In this document: piece after piece, positions 63,008 through 64,000 of the stretch
Numbering within the stretch: position 1 is the stretch's first letter
How the letters are laid out: each line of letters begins with the position of its first letter
Source: Octopus bimaculoides
Lineage: Eukaryota
NCBI RefSeq assembly: GCF_001194135.2
Contig: NC_068986.1
Span: 40,383,354-40,447,353 of the forward strand
Reading direction: 5' to 3'
DNA length: 64,000 bases
Translations under genes and position numbers: made by a program
Notes under the pieces: generated by a model
Database searches by the model: none
What the model saw: only the letters and a program-made list of their open reading frames with translations
What the model was told of the DNA's origin: nothing

Positions 63008-63516
63008 TTAAGGCTGGCCTGTAGCTAAACAAGAATGTACTTAAGCCATTCACTCCCTATGGGAACATAGACCATCTGCAACTTTTCTCCTCTGTTCTTG
63101 ACCATAGGCTGTCTTTTCCTCTCTCAGGACTTTTTGTTTTTGAATTGTCATCTATGCTTCTGTAATTTTGCCTTTTCTTAGGTAAGGGGGTTGGCCTTAT
63201 GCAAACCCATTTTCATCTCTGAGAAGAGAGAGGTCCACCCATATCAATTTAGCCTCTGTCTTTTGACCTATCCACCATGGATGGCTCTACCAGAAGCATG
63301 CAATCAGTTGTCATAACTCTCAGCGTCAGTTAGGCATGCGAGCCATCACACTGCAACGAGAACTGGACTTTGTGGTGGTGAACAACAATAATAACAGCAA
63401 CAACAATAACTTTTATATTCTCCCTCTTGGAAGAAAAACAAGAGTTTGAAATGTTTACTCAGTTTCACTCATCACAAATCAACTCAACAAAATAGCAAAT
63501 TCTTCTGTGTAAACTA

Positions 63517-63677
63517 TGAGGGGGTGCTGAAAAGAAGTCCTGTAAAAGAACTCGGAAGGTTGGCCCATCCAACCAGGCCTTTCACAATCCCTGTAAAAGG
63601 ACTCAGAAGGTTAGGCAACCAACCAAGCCTTTCACAATCAATACTCGTAAAACCAGGAACTTGTCAGCACCCTTTTA
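63517..63677 (-). mobile_element. Mariner-derived MITE with an internal deletion and an about 50-bp tandem duplication
   Basis: TA-TGAGGGGGTGCTGAAAAG left TIR. CCTGTAAAAG(A/G)ACTC(G/A)GAAGG...CCTTTCACAATC is present twice (63539-63640). Confidence 0.8.
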
Positions 63678-63821
63678 TATCCTACATAAATAAGAATAAG
63701 TACTAGGCTTACAAAGAATAAGTCCTGGGGGCGATTTGCTTGACTAAAGGCGGTGCTCCAGCATGACCGCAGTCAAATGACTGAAACAGATAAAAGAATA
63801 TATATATATATATATATATAA

Positions 63822-64000
63822 GTTCAAAAAAAGGAAAAAGACAAAAAACAATAACAACAACATGAGGACGTGATATAGATAGTGTTACTAGACGCTCGGG
63901 AAAGGAAAGAGAGAGAGAGTATGACGTTTCGAGCGGAGCTCTTCGTCGGAAACAAGGAAAGTTCAAAGAAGGGAAAAACGGAGGAAGGAGATGTTTCTAT
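63822..64000 (-). mobile_element. PLE terminal fragment (related to 3920-4010), runs off the window
   Basis: Shares CTCTCTCTTTCCTTTCC(C/T)GAGCGTC...ATATCACGTCCTCA with 3920-3975 and abuts (TA)n. Confidence 0.65.
63919..63954 (-). ncRNA. Minimal type I hammerhead ribozyme fold (U4->C variant)
   Basis: Minus strand TGTTT-CCGACGA-A-GAGC(TCC)GCTC-GAAA-CGTC-ATAC. Stems II and III are intact; stem I pairs at 3 of 4 positions. Confidence 0.55.

Overview
Eukaryotic, AT-rich, repeat-saturated genomic DNA from a short-read assembly (about 12 N gaps). The SINE, MITE and microsatellite content looks like an octopus genome (inference from pattern recognition, not a database hit). Only one protein-coding exon is well supported: 25681-25815 (+), an LDL-receptor class A repeat with the unusual 8-Cys pattern of the first repeat of LRP4/MEGF7, so much of the window is probably intronic. 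There are weaker exon candidates at 23158-23230 (+, signal peptide) and 1-394 (-, unknown gene). The rest is a layered transposon record: an internally deleted DD34D mariner with intact TIRs, a mariner-derived MITE family, a SPIN/Charlie-like hAT fossil and hAT MITEs, piggyBac-type TTAA MITEs, two GG-ended MITEs with 8-bp TSDs (one carrying a palindromic TTAGGG/CCCTAA array), Penelope-like elements (PLEs), CR1-like, RTE and Tigger relics, and several tRNA-derived SINE families. The most interesting signals are (i) minimal hammerhead ribozyme folds with non-canonical cores in PLE termini, (ii) the telomere-repeat MITE and the nested palindromes at 46.6-48.3 kb, and (iii) a CpG-retaining domain at about 42.3-50.9 kb inside otherwise CpG-eroded DNA. 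Almost all ORFs in the supplied track are spurious (microsatellite, SINE or N-gap derived). No rRNA, true tRNA gene or CRISPR array was seen. All alignments and identities were judged by eye.
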